Origin: Candidatus Saccharimonadota bacterium
GTDB lineage: Bacteria; Patescibacteriota; Saccharimonadia; Saccharimonadales; UBA4665
NCBI GenBank assembly: GCA_028289245.1
Contig: JAQGGT010000006.1
Coordinates: 144,948-208,947 of the forward strand
DNA: 64,000 bases
Direction: 5' to 3'
This document shows, in pieces, positions 16,902 through 26,770 of this stretch. Under the pieces are notes generated by a model that was given only the letters and a program-made list of their open reading frames with translations, ran no database searches and was not told the DNA's origin. How positions within the stretch are numbered: the stretch's first letter is position 1; each line of letters starts with the position of its first letter. The translations under genes were made by a program, and so were the position numbers.

Positions 16902-18244
16902 GCGGCGGCTCGCCGAGCTTCTAAACCCCTTTTGCCGAACAGGACAAGCTGGACGACGCTATCGAAAATTCGCTCGTAGCGTTGCACCTGGGCTTCAGGC
17001 CCCGTGTGCTTACCGACGTTATCGCTGAGTTTGACGTTGTCGACGCCGTTAACTTGCGTCGCTTTCATCACGACGTTGAGCGGTTTGATGCCGAGATCAT
17101 TGGTGAGGGTGGTGCCCCAGCCGAACAGGACGTTGATGCGGTCGCCAAAGTGGGCCTGCAATGTGACGATGTCGTTGATGTCCAAGCCGTCGCTAAAGAC
17201 AACCGTCTTGGTTTTAGCATCGATGCCGTTATCTTCATAGAATTTGATCAACCGTTCACCAAACTCGACCGGGTCACCAGAGTCGTGGCGAACGCCTTTC
17301 CAGTTTTGGGCCTGTTCGGGCGTAAAGTCACTGAAGAAGAAGGCCGATTTGAACGTGTCGGTTAAACCGGTCGACAGGTCAACGCCGTAGCGGTTGAACC
17401 AATCGTTTAAGAAGACTTGGTGTGAGTCACGAATGTCTTCGTCACTGCCGCCAGCAGCGTCGGCCAGGCCGGCGTAGACCATGGGCATTTCGTGGGCGAA
17501 GGTGCCGATTGGCTTGATGCCGTACTTTTTGGCCAACCCGACGTTGGAGGTGCCCACGAAGTTGTCCGGTACATCGCTCAGCAAGCGTTCAACGACGTAT
17601 TCCTGCCAGCGCAAGCTAAAGTGGCGGCGAGTGCCGAAGTCAGCAAACTTAATTTCAGGGTGCTCCCGCAGGATGTCGATTTTGGCGGCCAGACGCCGCT
17701 CACCTTCGTCGTAGACGTCGAGCACGTTCAGTCCGTGGCGGCGGACGTAGCCTTCGAAGTACAGTTCGTTGACCTCGCTCATTAGTACGGTTTCCCAAAA
17801 GGTTACCATCGGCCAGTCGCCGCTAGTTTGGGCGTACAAATCTTTGGTAGCCGGCTCGTAGCCGACGTTGCAGCGGGGCAACTCGTGGGTGCGCAAGTAA
17901 TCAAGGTAGTCGGGTGCAAATACTGCTTCGCCGGCACTGTTTTGCAAGCCGCCGAGGTAACCGAGCTCCGACTCTTGCCAGCCGCGGGCCTGGATGGCGT
18001 CGAGGCGGTCTTGTAGGTCCGAGAAGTTGATGCAATCCATCAAGCGCTGCTCGCCGCGGTTCTTAAAGGTGAAGCTAACTTGGGCGTCGGGCTGTTGCTC
18101 GTAAGCCAACTGGCTCATGGTGGGCTTGTAGTAGTCCAGACCGGTAGTGATCGTGCCGGCTTCTTCGAGCGGGCCGTAGACGATCTGGGCGATGTGTTCG
18201 GGGGTGTAGGTGGTTTCTGGTGTGGTCTCAAACGTGGCGTTCAT
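16898..18244 (-). CDS. pncB: nicotinate phosphoribosyltransferase
   Basis: About 448 aa with LDYYKPTMSQLAY, FADFGTRRHFS and GTFAHEMPMV motifs. The start is set at MNATF (18242-18244), with AAGGAG 6 nt upstream. Confidence 0.85.
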   Translation of the reverse strand: MNATFETTPETTYTPEHIAQIVYGPLEEAGTITTGLDYYKPTMSQLAYEQQPDAQVSFTFKNRGEQRLMDCINFSDLQDRLDAIQARGWQESELGYLGGLQNSAGEAVFAPDYLDYLRTHELPRCNVGYEPATKDLYAQTSGDWPMVTFWETVLMSEVNELYFEGYVRRHGLNVLDVYDEGERRLAAKIDILREHPEIKFADFGTRRHFSLRWQEYVVERLLSDVPDNFVGTSNVGLAKKYGIKPIGTFAHEMPMVYAGLADAAGGSDEDIRDSHQVFLNDWFNRYGVDLSTGLTDTFKSAFFFSDFTPEQAQNWKGVRHDSGDPVEFGERLIKFYEDNGIDAKTKTVVFSDGLDINDIVTLQAHFGDRINVLFGWGTTLTNDLGIKPLNVVMKATQVNGVDNVKLSDNVGKHTGPEAQVQRYERIFDSVVQLVLFGKRGLEARRAAA

Positions 18245-18254
18245 AGCAGGCTCC

Positions 18255-18917
18255 TTATGCCGCCTGGGCTTCAAGTTGGTTCACTAGGGCCTCGGTCGTG
18301 CTCAGTAGGACGCCGGCTTCTTCGAAGCGGGCCAGCATGCTAGCGTTGGAGTCCTCGGCGATACCGCGGGTGCCGTCGAGGGCGACGATGACTTCGAGGC
18401 CGAGTTTCTGACGCAGATCAAGGGCAGTTTCGCCGACGCAGTAGTCGAGGGCCAGGCCGCCGAGAATGACGGTTTTGATGTCCCGAGCGGTGAGCCAGTC
18501 GGGGAGGCTGTGGCCGGTCGTTGGATCTTCGGCATAGTAGCCGCTGTAGCTCAAGTCGTCTTCACCGCGCTCTAGCGGTTCGAAGCCTTTAATAAAGCGA
18601 ATGTGGCGGCCGGGAAGTACCAGCCCAGGGTGGAGCTCGGCGCCCGGTGTACCGTCGACGCAGTGCTTGGGCCAAGTGGTGGTAAAGTTTGGCTGGTCGC
18701 TAAAGTGGGCGGTAACGTGGGGGTGCCAATCCTGGGTAGTAAAGACGCCGGCACCGGCAGCAGCGTAGGCGCCAACCAGGCGGTTGAGGGCAGGAATGAC
18801 TTGCTCGCCCTCTGGTACGGGTAGTTCGCCGAAGCCGTGAGTTTCCAGGCGTTGGCCTTCTTCTGCGGGCATAAAGCCTCGTTGTACGTCGATGAGTCCG
18901 ATAGCTGTTTGATTCAT
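18255..18917 (-). CDS. pncA: nicotinamidase / isochorismatase family hydrolase
   Basis: LIDVQRGF, then WPKHCV, then LDYCV (catalytic Cys region). It lies directly upstream of pncB on the same strand. Confidence 0.8.
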   Translation of the reverse strand: MNQTAIGLIDVQRGFMPAEEGQRLETHGFGELPVPEGEQVIPALNRLVGAYAAAGAGVFTTQDWHPHVTAHFSDQPNFTTTWPKHCVDGTPGAELHPGLVLPGRHIRFIKGFEPLERGEDDLSYSGYYAEDPTTGHSLPDWLTARDIKTVILGGLALDYCVGETALDLRQKLGLEVIVALDGTRGIAEDSNASMLARFEEAGVLLSTTEALVNQLEAQAA

Positions 18918-18993
18918 AGTAGTGTTCCCTATCCTTTCGTGTATGTAGTTGTTCAAGTTACACTAAGTAGCTTATCTCCATAATACTCGCTAG

Positions 18994-19014
18994 TTAGTGT
19001 ATTGTCAACACTAA
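18994..19014. promoter_or_regulatory. 21-bp palindrome, predicted NrtR operator
   Basis: TTAGTGT-attgtca-ACACTAA lies between the divergent pncA and ADP-ribosylglycohydrolase genes. It fits the GT-N7-AC core reported for NrtR operators. Confidence 0.5.
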
Positions 19015-19062
19015 TTATGTATGATACGATGATAACAGATATAATTACTGTAAGGAGGACGC

Positions 19063-20085
19063 ATGACTGACTATGAAACCGTTGCCGATAATCTACTGCC
19101 GGCTATTGCCTACGGCGATGCCGCCGGACTGCCATTTGAGAAAAAGCCACCGCTTGAGGCCTATAGCATCACCGAATTGCATGATACTGAAACCAACCCG
19201 TTTATAGGCCAGTACCCAGCCGGTACCTGGAGCGACGATACGCACCTGAGTATTGCGGTTACAAAGAGTCTCATGGAAGCCGAGGGCTTTGACATTCACT
19301 CGCAAGCCGCCTGGCATGTCGAGGCGCTGGCGCACGTTAAGGGCGCCGAAACCGATCCCGATTTGATTCCGCCGGTAGTCACCGACAAACGCCAGAACGG
19401 TTGGGGCAAGAGCACCACCCAGAGCATCGAGAGACTGGAGGCCGGTGGCGACCCGCGTGATTCGGGTAATCCCGGCGGTGCCGGTAATGGTGTACTGATG
19501 AAGCTAGCCCCCCTGCTGGTCTGGCAATTTGCCCACAAAACTAATGCCGGCCAGGCCGAACGCGAGCTAATCCAGCTCACCTATATGACGCATAGGGCGC
19601 CAGAAGCGGCCGTCTGTAGTTTGGTGCACGGTGCCCTATTTGATCGCTTGATGGCCGATGAAGTCACCCCGATTGAGGCCTTAGCCAGTGCCTACCGCGA
19701 CGCCCTCGATTATGAGCAAGACCTTGATGTCGAGCCGGTACTGAGCGACATGTTGCGCTATCTATCGATCAGAGCGGTAGCTGGCACGCTGGCCCGTCAG
19801 GATATCCTGGACGTCACGCCGAAAAAAGGCTTTTATGCTCCGGAAACGCTCGCTATGGTCTACGGCAGCTTTGCGCTAGAGCCGCATTTTCCGTACAGCG
19901 TCCACCGGGCCGTTGAGCTTGGAGGCGACAGTGACAGCGTGGCGGCCGTTGTGGCGCCGTTGTCGCTGGCCTATCAGAAGCACTACACTCGCCCCGCTGA
20001 GGAGCACCGCATTACGTATTTGAACCGCTTGCACCGGCTGTCCATGGAATTTGGCGACGCGACCTTCCGGGCCCGCCCCCAGTAG
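19063..20085 (+). CDS. ADP-ribosylglycohydrolase family protein
   Basis: AIAYGDAAGLPFE at the N-terminus and GGDSDSVAAV near the C-terminus are typical ARH metal-binding motifs. The SD TAAGGAGG precedes the ATG. Confidence 0.8.
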   Translation: MTDYETVADNLLPAIAYGDAAGLPFEKKPPLEAYSITELHDTETNPFIGQYPAGTWSDDTHLSIAVTKSLMEAEGFDIHSQAAWHVEALAHVKGAETDPDLIPPVVTDKRQNGWGKSTTQSIERLEAGGDPRDSGNPGGAGNGVLMKLAPLLVWQFAHKTNAGQAERELIQLTYMTHRAPEAAVCSLVHGALFDRLMADEVTPIEALASAYRDALDYEQDLDVEPVLSDMLRYLSIRAVAGTLARQDILDVTPKKGFYAPETLAMVYGSFALEPHFPYSVHRAVELGGDSDSVAAVVAPLSLAYQKHYTRPAEEHRITYLNRLHRLSMEFGDATFRARPQ

Positions 20086-20089
20086 TCAG

Positions 20090-20794
20090 CTAGTCGAAGC
20101 TGCGTTCCAGCGTCTGGAGATCAGGCTGACAAAATTTATAGAGGCGTGCCGGTCGGTGCGCCCCCTCCTTGAACATCTCTGCCGTAGCCTCGATCAGGCC
20201 GAGCGACAGGTATTTTTTGCGGAAGTTGCGCTTGTCTAGTGGCCGTCCGAGTACGGCTTCGTAGGCGGCTTGCAACGTCGACAGCGTAAAGGTCTTGGGC
20301 AGCAGCGCGAAAACAGCGTTGGTATAAGTCAATTTGGCTTTGAGACGAGAGTGAGCATAGGCGATGATGTCGGCGTGGTCGTAGGCAAGGTCCGGCAGAT
20401 CGTCGACCGGGAAGAAGGCCGGCGATTGCAGGTCAGGCCCACTGCCCGGCTCGAGGTCTTTACCAAGGCCCATGTAACTGACGCTCACGGCGTGGCCGCG
20501 CGGGTCGCGGGCAACGGTATCGAAGGTGTAGAGTTGCTCGGTGAGTTCCAGATCGTCGGTGTTGACGCCGGTTTTGTCCAGTAACACGCGCTGCATAGCT
20601 TGGTGGGTAGTCTCGCCAGCGGCGCAGTAGCCACCTGGCAAAGCCCAGGTACCCAAAAACGGCTCTTGATTGCGCTTGATGAGGAGCACGGTCAGTGCAC
20701 CAGCCTGTAGCTGGAAAATAATGCTATCGACAACCAGGGTCGGTGCGACGTATATGCCTTCGTATTTCATGCTCACAGTATAGCCTATTGCCAC
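20090..20794 (-). CDS. nrtR: Nudix-related transcriptional regulator of NAD metabolism (NrtR family)
   Basis: The N-terminal Nudix fold contains a degenerate Nudix box (WALPGGYCAAGETTHQAMQRVLLDKTG). The C-terminal winged helix is FTLSTLQAAYEAVLGRPLDKRNFRKKYLSLGLIE...GAHRPARLYKF. The start is uncertain (GTG 20794 or ATG 20770). Confidence 0.75.
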   Translation of the reverse strand: MAIGYTVSMKYEGIYVAPTLVVDSIIFQLQAGALTVLLIKRNQEPFLGTWALPGGYCAAGETTHQAMQRVLLDKTGVNTDDLELTEQLYTFDTVARDPRGHAVSVSYMGLGKDLEPGSGPDLQSPAFFPVDDLPDLAYDHADIIAYAHSRLKAKLTYTNAVFALLPKTFTLSTLQAAYEAVLGRPLDKRNFRKKYLSLGLIEATAEMFKEGAHRPARLYKFCQPDLQTLERSFD

Positions 20795-22710
20795 AAGGCC
20801 GTGTTATAGAGGTCCGGCGGCATACGCCAATCACCGCGCGGGCTGAGGCTGGTACCAACTTTGGGACCGTTGGGCATATTCTCGCGCTTGAACTGGGCGA
20901 AGGCAAAGCGCCGGATAAAACTGCGCAGCCAGCTATCGATGGTTTCGCTTGAGTAATCCCCTTCCATGGCCTGCGTAGCGAGGTAGTGGATTTTGGAAGG
21001 CGATTCGCCGCTGCGGACGAGGTGCTGCAAGTAGAATTCGCGGAGTTCGATCGGCCCGACAACTTCGTCGGTGCTCTGGCTGATGCCGCCGCTGCCGTCG
21101 GTGGTCAACTCTGGTGAGACGATAGTATGTAGGATGTCGTCGAGCACGTTGGCGGCCACCACAAACCGCGGCTGGACGGCGGCGTGCTCGACCAGCGCTT
21201 TGACGACCGTCTTGGGGATGCTGGCGTTGACGTTGTAGTGGCTTTGCTGGTCGGCATTATACGTGCACCAGCCGATGGCAATCTCGCTCAGGTCGCCGGT
21301 GCCGAGGACGATGGCATGGTTGCGGTTGCCGTAATTAAAGAGCAGGTTGGTGCGGGCCCGTGCTTGGGCGTTTTCGTAGGTAATGTCCTGGGTCAGGCCG
21401 TCGTGACCCAAGGCGGCCAGTTCGGCGGCCACCATGCCGTTGATAGGGATGACTTGGTTGTTGACGCCCAGTAGTTTAGCGAGGAGTTGGGCATTGGTTT
21501 GGGTCCCCTCACTGCTGGCCGGTCCGGGCATGGTGAGCGTATCGATCATGTCGGCCGGCTGAACGTGCATGATATCGGCTGCCCGGATTGCGACCAGCAA
21601 GGCGAGAGTGGAATCGAGGCCGCCGCTCAGGCCAAGAACCAAACGGTTTTGATGCGTGGCCCGCATCCGCGCCGCCAGACCGCTGGCTTGAATTTGCAGG
21701 GTGGTTTCCAGGCGGGTAAAGCGTTCCGCGGCCGATTCGTCGGGCAAAAATGGGTTGCGATCAATCCGGCGTATCAGCCCGACTTGCTGGCGCTCTACCC
21801 CGGTGTGGATGAGCAGCGTACCAGCAATGCTAGCAGCGTGTTGTTTGCGGCGGTCGTGTTGCAAAATATCAATGTCAATATCGGCGATGCGTAAATCAGC
21901 ATCATCACTAAAAGGCTGCCGCTCGGCCAGTAAGTGACCGTTTTCGTAAATTAATTGGTGGCCGCCCATAACAATCTCGGCAGTTGATTCGCTAGTGTGG
22001 CAGCCAGCGTAGGCGTAGGCGCCGACCAGCTTGGCGGACTGCATGCGCACCAAGTTATTGCGGTAGCTGGCTTTGTCGACCTGCTCGGGCGAGGCCGATG
22101 GATTAACGATAACTAAGGCGCCCTTAGCGGCCAGCTTGATGCTCGGCGAGTCGGCCACCCAGAGATCTTCGCAGATCTCGATGCCGCAAGCCGTACCGCC
22201 GACTTCAAAGAGCATGTCGGTACCAAATGGCACGGTGCTGTCGCCAATCTGCACGCTCGTATTTGGCCCGTCCCAGCCGTCGTACCAGCGGTCTTCGTAA
22301 AATTCGTTGTAGGTCGGCAGGTTGGTCTTAGGCACGATGCCTTGGACCCGCCCGTCAGCGATCATGGCGGCGCAGTTGTAGAGCCGGTTGCCGACTTGCA
22401 GTGGCAGCCCAACTACCATCGCTGTGGGCTGCTGCTCAGTGGCGCTGGCCAGCAGTGACAGGCCTTGTTTGGCTTGGTCGAGCAGCTGATTTTGGTTGAC
22501 GAGGTCACCGAGCGTGTAGCCGGTGACTGACAACTCGGGAAATGTCACCAGGCTAACGTCACGCTGGACTGCTTTGTGGTAGAGGTCGTCGATGCGTTGT
22601 AGGTTGGTTTCGACGTCGGCCACGGCGACTTCCGGACAAGCGGTGGCAATGCGGAGGTAGCCGTCGCGGGGCTGGTAATCGTAGAGGGGTTCGGGGGATG
22701 GTGTTTCCAT
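20785..22710 (-). CDS. nadE: glutamine-dependent NAD+ synthetase (nitrilase domain + NAD synthase domain)
   Basis: 641 aa. The N-terminal CN-hydrolase domain carries FPELSVTGY and CEDLW. The C-terminal PP-loop is LGLSGGLDS. Confidence 0.9.
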   Translation of the reverse strand: METPSPEPLYDYQPRDGYLRIATACPEVAVADVETNLQRIDDLYHKAVQRDVSLVTFPELSVTGYTLGDLVNQNQLLDQAKQGLSLLASATEQQPTAMVVGLPLQVGNRLYNCAAMIADGRVQGIVPKTNLPTYNEFYEDRWYDGWDGPNTSVQIGDSTVPFGTDMLFEVGGTACGIEICEDLWVADSPSIKLAAKGALVIVNPSASPEQVDKASYRNNLVRMQSAKLVGAYAYAGCHTSESTAEIVMGGHQLIYENGHLLAERQPFSDDADLRIADIDIDILQHDRRKQHAASIAGTLLIHTGVERQQVGLIRRIDRNPFLPDESAAERFTRLETTLQIQASGLAARMRATHQNRLVLGLSGGLDSTLALLVAIRAADIMHVQPADMIDTLTMPGPASSEGTQTNAQLLAKLLGVNNQVIPINGMVAAELAALGHDGLTQDITYENAQARARTNLLFNYGNRNHAIVLGTGDLSEIAIGWCTYNADQQSHYNVNASIPKTVVKALVEHAAVQPRFVVAANVLDDILHTIVSPELTTDGSGGISQSTDEVVGPIELREFYLQHLVRSGESPSKIHYLATQAMEGDYSSETIDSWLRSFIRRFAFAQFKRENMPNGPKVGTSLSPRGDWRMPPDLYNTALWQ

Positions 22711-22725
22711 AAGTATGATCCTTAT

Positions 22726-22746
22726 ATAGTGTGGTTATTACACTTA
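22726..22746. promoter_or_regulatory. imperfect palindrome, predicted NrtR operator upstream of nadE
   Basis: ATAGTGT-ggttatt-ACACTTA lies 16 nt upstream of the nadE ATG and has the same AGTGT-N7-ACACT core as 18994-19014. A weaker third copy is at 22773-22795. Confidence 0.45.
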
Positions 22747-22857
22747 TAAGCTTTAGGATAGCGCGCTTATTACTAAGTGTCAAGTATACAATAAGTAAGT
22801 GGTACCGAAGTTACTGATCTGGTATTAGACAAGTTTTTATGTAATAATATCCAGGTG

Positions 22858-24087
22858 ATGGAAAAATTTAACGTACTACCGGACACCAATGTTGACGCTG
22901 TCATGCTGGCCAATGCCGAATGGCAAACTATGTTGACCGCTCATGACGACCCGATTAACACTACCATTGGCGTCATGCTAGATCCGGCCACTGGCAAGCC
23001 GTGGCGGCCGCAGGCGATAGAGCAGAGCCTGGAGATGACCCTCGGCAGTATTGAAGATACGCATAACTACGGTTATCAAGGCCAAGGCGGCGATGGCCAG
23101 TTCTTAGCCGAATTTGGCAAATTTGCTTTTGGTGCCAAGTTCTATGAACAGCTCGACGGCCAGTTGCTTGGCACGCAGGCCCCCGGTGGCACCGGCGCCC
23201 TAACCTTAGCTAAAGAAACATTGCGTGAGCTGGTGCCGGTCAGTCCGGACGGCAGTATCCCCCTACTTCTTGATGACGGCTGGCCAAACTACCGGGCGAT
23301 GTTCAGTGAGCACTTCGCCATCACTGAGCTCGGTCAAACCAGTTCAGCTGCCGGTCATGCCCGTACTATGGAGCTGATCGAACAAGCCGCGCCAAACACG
23401 GTGGTATTGCTGCAGGTCTGTGGTTATAACGACGACGGCCTCGACAGAAGCGAAGCCGAATGGGACGACGTTTTATCGGCGCTCGCTCGCCGTGAATTAC
23501 CGGTAATACTCGACTCGGCCTATCTTGGTCTGGCCGAAGATCTTGAAGCCGATAGCTACGCGATCCGCCAGGCGGTTAACGCCGGCGTGCTCAGCTTTAT
23601 AGCCACTTCCAGTTCCAAAAACATGGGGCTCTATAACGAACGCGTTGGCGCCCTGTACATCGCCAATGCTGGCGAGGTTTTGGGGACCGAACAGCAGCGC
23701 CGTTTGCAACAGGCCACCAACCGAGCGGTGCGCCGAATTTACTCGAGTCCACCACTGCTTGGCGCCAAAGCCGTAGGCAGCATGCTGGCCAGTCCATTTT
23801 TCTCGGAGCAGTATGCTGGCGAGCTACTACAAGCTCGACTCCGCTTGCAGGACAACCGCTACGTTTTGGGCCAGCAACTTGGTGAAAGGTTCACCCAGAT
23901 CCTTAATGGCCACGGGTTATTTACTAAGTTATTGCCAAACAAAGGCTTCACACCTGCTCAGCTGCAGTTTATGAAAGAAGAGGGTGTGCTGGCGCTCCCA
24001 AGCTCGCGTATCAACCTTGGTGGCGTGGCACCGCGCCACATTGAGCGACTCGGCGAAACAATTGTTCAAGCCCTGAACCGTCGCTAG
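22858..24087 (+). CDS. class I aspartate/aromatic aminotransferase (AspC/TyrB-like)
   Basis: SSSKNMGLYNERVGALY is the PLP-lysine motif (SFSKNFGLYNERVG). Confidence 0.85.
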   Translation: MEKFNVLPDTNVDAVMLANAEWQTMLTAHDDPINTTIGVMLDPATGKPWRPQAIEQSLEMTLGSIEDTHNYGYQGQGGDGQFLAEFGKFAFGAKFYEQLDGQLLGTQAPGGTGALTLAKETLRELVPVSPDGSIPLLLDDGWPNYRAMFSEHFAITELGQTSSAAGHARTMELIEQAAPNTVVLLQVCGYNDDGLDRSEAEWDDVLSALARRELPVILDSAYLGLAEDLEADSYAIRQAVNAGVLSFIATSSSKNMGLYNERVGALYIANAGEVLGTEQQRRLQQATNRAVRRIYSSPPLLGAKAVGSMLASPFFSEQYAGELLQARLRLQDNRYVLGQQLGERFTQILNGHGLFTKLLPNKGFTPAQLQFMKEEGVLALPSSRINLGGVAPRHIERLGETIVQALNRR

Positions 24088-25178
24088 CGCTGGCGCTGGA
24101 GTAACGACACTACTAGGGCTCGAAAAGCTTGTTTAGTAGTGGCCGGCAAATGGGTGCTGGCGAGCCCGATTAGGGCTTTTTGATGATAATCGTCGATGAG
24201 CGCTTCGGTTTCGGCTACCGCGCCGCAGCGGCGCATGACGGTGCGAATTTTTTCGGCCTGGTGGGCGGTGAGCGGCTTGCCGATGGCCTTGAGTATGCCC
24301 GTGCGTTGGCTAACGGTACAACGCCGTAAAGTGGCCTGCAACAAATACGTTACCTTGCCCTCCTCCAGATCGCCTTGATTGGTCTTGCCGGTAATGCTCG
24401 GATCGCCAAAGCTACCGAGTAAATCGTCACAGAGTTGATAGGCGATGCCGAGGTTGGCGGCAAACAAGCTGAGCTTGGTACGTTCGGCAACCGAGGCGCC
24501 GGCGAGTTCGGCGCCGCAGAGCAGCGGCGCGACCATCGAGTAGGTGGCAGTCTTGAGTTCGGCAATCCGCAGGCTGTCGACGGTAGTTTTTTCGCGCAGC
24601 ACGCTGTCGGTATCAAATTGTTCGCCGGCAACGACGCTAAACAGCGCTCGTTGCAGGTGACGCTGGACGACCATAATCTGCGCCGGTGCCAAACCGCTGT
24701 CGAGCAAAATGGTGTGAGCACTAGTGAGCAGTAAATCACCGGCGAGCATGGCTAGACTGTCGGAGTAGTGGCGGGCCGCATTGGCCGCCAGATTGTGCTC
24801 CCGACGGTAATATTTTTGGTAGTAACCGGAAACATTGTCGATGCCATAACGCATTGTATCGTGGTCGATGATGTCATCGTGGATCAAGAGGCCGACGTGC
24901 AACAGCTCTAGGGCTGCACCGACGGCTACTAAAGTCCGGTCATCAGTGCCGCCGTAGGCGTGATATGCCAGCAAGCACAGGTACGGCCGCAGCCGTTTGC
25001 CGCCGGCCATGGTGAGCGTATGGGTGACACCCCAGAGTTCATAGTAAGCTGGTCCGATACTAGCGGCCTGGGCGAGCTGCTCCCGAAAGAATGCCTCCAA
25101 ATACTGGTTTACCCGTAGCCGCACTGCTTGCCGATCGGGGAGCGATGGGGGAGTTGCCATGACTTTATCATAGGCCAC
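24084..25178 (-). CDS. polyprenyl diphosphate synthase (trans-isoprenyl diphosphate synthase family)
   Basis: The first Asp-rich motif is LIHDDIID and the second is CDDLLGSFGD. Confidence 0.85.
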   Translation of the reverse strand: MAYDKVMATPPSLPDRQAVRLRVNQYLEAFFREQLAQAASIGPAYYELWGVTHTLTMAGGKRLRPYLCLLAYHAYGGTDDRTLVAVGAALELLHVGLLIHDDIIDHDTMRYGIDNVSGYYQKYYRREHNLAANAARHYSDSLAMLAGDLLLTSAHTILLDSGLAPAQIMVVQRHLQRALFSVVAGEQFDTDSVLREKTTVDSLRIAELKTATYSMVAPLLCGAELAGASVAERTKLSLFAANLGIAYQLCDDLLGSFGDPSITGKTNQGDLEEGKVTYLLQATLRRCTVSQRTGILKAIGKPLTAHQAEKIRTVMRRCGAVAETEALIDDYHQKALIGLASTHLPATTKQAFRALVVSLLQRQR

Positions 25179-25199
25179 AAACCCTAAATAAAGATTATC

Positions 25200-25703
25200 T
25201 TAGGCTTTTTCCTTTTTCGCTGGTTGGCTAAGCTGTGTAAGCTTGTAAAGCACATTGACGTAGGTGGCTAGCTCTCGAGCGTTCATACGCTTAAAAACTG
25301 TTTCCCGGAACTGCTTGCTGAGACCCTGCTCGATTTCGGTGCAAGTAGCGATGTAATCCGGACTTACCTTGAGGATCTTGGTACGATTATCGTGCTTATG
25401 GCCCGAGCGCAAGACCTTACCCTGGGTTTCAAGATTGTTGACGGCAGTGGTTAGGTAGCCCACGGTCGTGCCGAGTTGTTTGGCGAGGTCGGTAATGCGG
25501 ATGCCGTCGTTGCCGGTGTCGGCAATGGCGCCCACGATGTACCAGTGCATGCGAGTCAGGCCGTATGGTTTGAGGAAATTGTCGGCAATTTTTTTGGTGG
25601 TACGCAGGGCGTGCGACTGCACAATACCAACCTGCCAGGTGGGGACGTTGGCAATATCAATGCCGCTATTATCGCTGCTTGTAACACTCATAGATGTCTC
25701 CAT
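25200..25703 (-). CDS. MarR family transcriptional regulator
   Basis: 167 aa with the winged-helix core ITDLAKQLGTTVGYLTTAVNNLETQGKVLR. It lies upstream of, and co-oriented with, the polyprenyl synthase. Confidence 0.8.
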   Translation of the reverse strand: METSMSVTSSDNSGIDIANVPTWQVGIVQSHALRTTKKIADNFLKPYGLTRMHWYIVGAIADTGNDGIRITDLAKQLGTTVGYLTTAVNNLETQGKVLRSGHKHDNRTKILKVSPDYIATCTEIEQGLSKQFRETVFKRMNARELATYVNVLYKLTQLSQPAKKEKA

Positions 25704-25824
25704 TATACGGATAAAACAAGTAATTTCCGCATATAAAGCACCGGTGCGAAGTTAGCAATTTTACGGACTCATCAGGAACGAGCTGTCATGATGGTCTGTA
25801 ACGACGAGTAACGAAAGGAGCGCT

Positions 25825-26718
25825 ATGTCAGATCAGTACCAAATGCAAAATCCGCTCACGCAGTATCCCCGGCCACCATTCCCGAAGCAGCCGCAGTCGG
25901 CTCCGGGGCTTGCCCAAAAAATGGACCCTAAGCCAGACCATGGCGAAGACAGCTATCGCGGTGCCGGTCGCTTGGAGGGCCGCAAAGCGCTGGTAACGGG
26001 CGGCGATTCAGGGATTGGCCGGGCCACGGCTATCGCCTATGCCCGTGAAGGGGCGGATGTCGTCATCAACTACCTGCCGTCGGAAGAAGCCGATGCTCAG
26101 GAAGTTATTGCGCTACTCAAAGCAACCGGTCGTAAGGTGGTGGCCGTGCCAGGCGACATCAGTGACGAGGCCTTTTGCAAGCAATTAATTGAAACCACTG
26201 TCTCGGAGCTCGGCGGTATTGATATTTTGGCAAATATAGCCGGCAAACAAGTAGCAGTCGAGGCGATTGCCGACCTAGAAACGGCTCAGATCGAGGCGAC
26301 ATTTGCTACTAATGTCTATGCCATGATGTGGCTGTGTAAGGCTGCCCTGCCGCACCTGCCGGCTGGAGCAACCATCATTACTACTGCTTCAATCCAGTCC
26401 TACCAGCCGTCGGCGCAGCTGCTGGACTACGCTTCTACCAAAGCGGCAATTGTGGCCTTTACTCAAGGTTTAGCACAGCAGGTTGCCGAAAAAGGGATTC
26501 GAGTTAACGCCGTGGCGCCCGGTCCGATTTGGACGCCACTTCAGCCGAGTGGTGGTCAGCCGCAGGAGGCCATTCCCGACTTCGGCACCCAGGTCCCATT
26601 GGGTCGTCCCGGACAGCCCGCTGAAGTCGCGCCGGCATACGTATTTTTAGCGTCACAAGAGTCAAGTTTCATTACAGCCGAAGTAATCGGCGTTACCGGT
26701 GGCAACCACTTACCCTAA
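25825..26718 (+). CDS. SDR family oxidoreductase (YghA/YhxC-like)
   Basis: [10 protein letters not shown] is the cofactor motif and YASTKAAI is the catalytic YxxxK. The Pro/Gln-rich N-terminal extension is typical of this subgroup. Confidence 0.85.
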   Translation: MSDQYQMQNPLTQYPRPPFPKQPQSAPGLAQKMDPKPDHGEDSYRGAGRLEGRKALVTGGDSGIGRATAIAYAREGADVVINYLPSEEADAQEVIALLKATGRKVVAVPGDISDEAFCKQLIETTVSELGGIDILANIAGKQVAVEAIADLETAQIEATFATNVYAMMWLCKAALPHLPAGATIITTASIQSYQPSAQLLDYASTKAAIVAFTQGLAQQVAEKGIRVNAVAPGPIWTPLQPSGGQPQEAIPDFGTQVPLGRPGQPAEVAPAYVFLASQESSFITAEVIGVTGGNHLP

Positions 26719-26770
26719 ATAATCCTGTAATTGCTAGGCAAAAGGCTTACGCTTACCTATACTTGTAGCT

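Noticed and set aside
16982-18343. Plus-strand ORFs inside pncB (16982-17365, 17492-17785, 18080-18343, etc.)
   Set aside because: They are antisense to a well-supported gene and have no start context.
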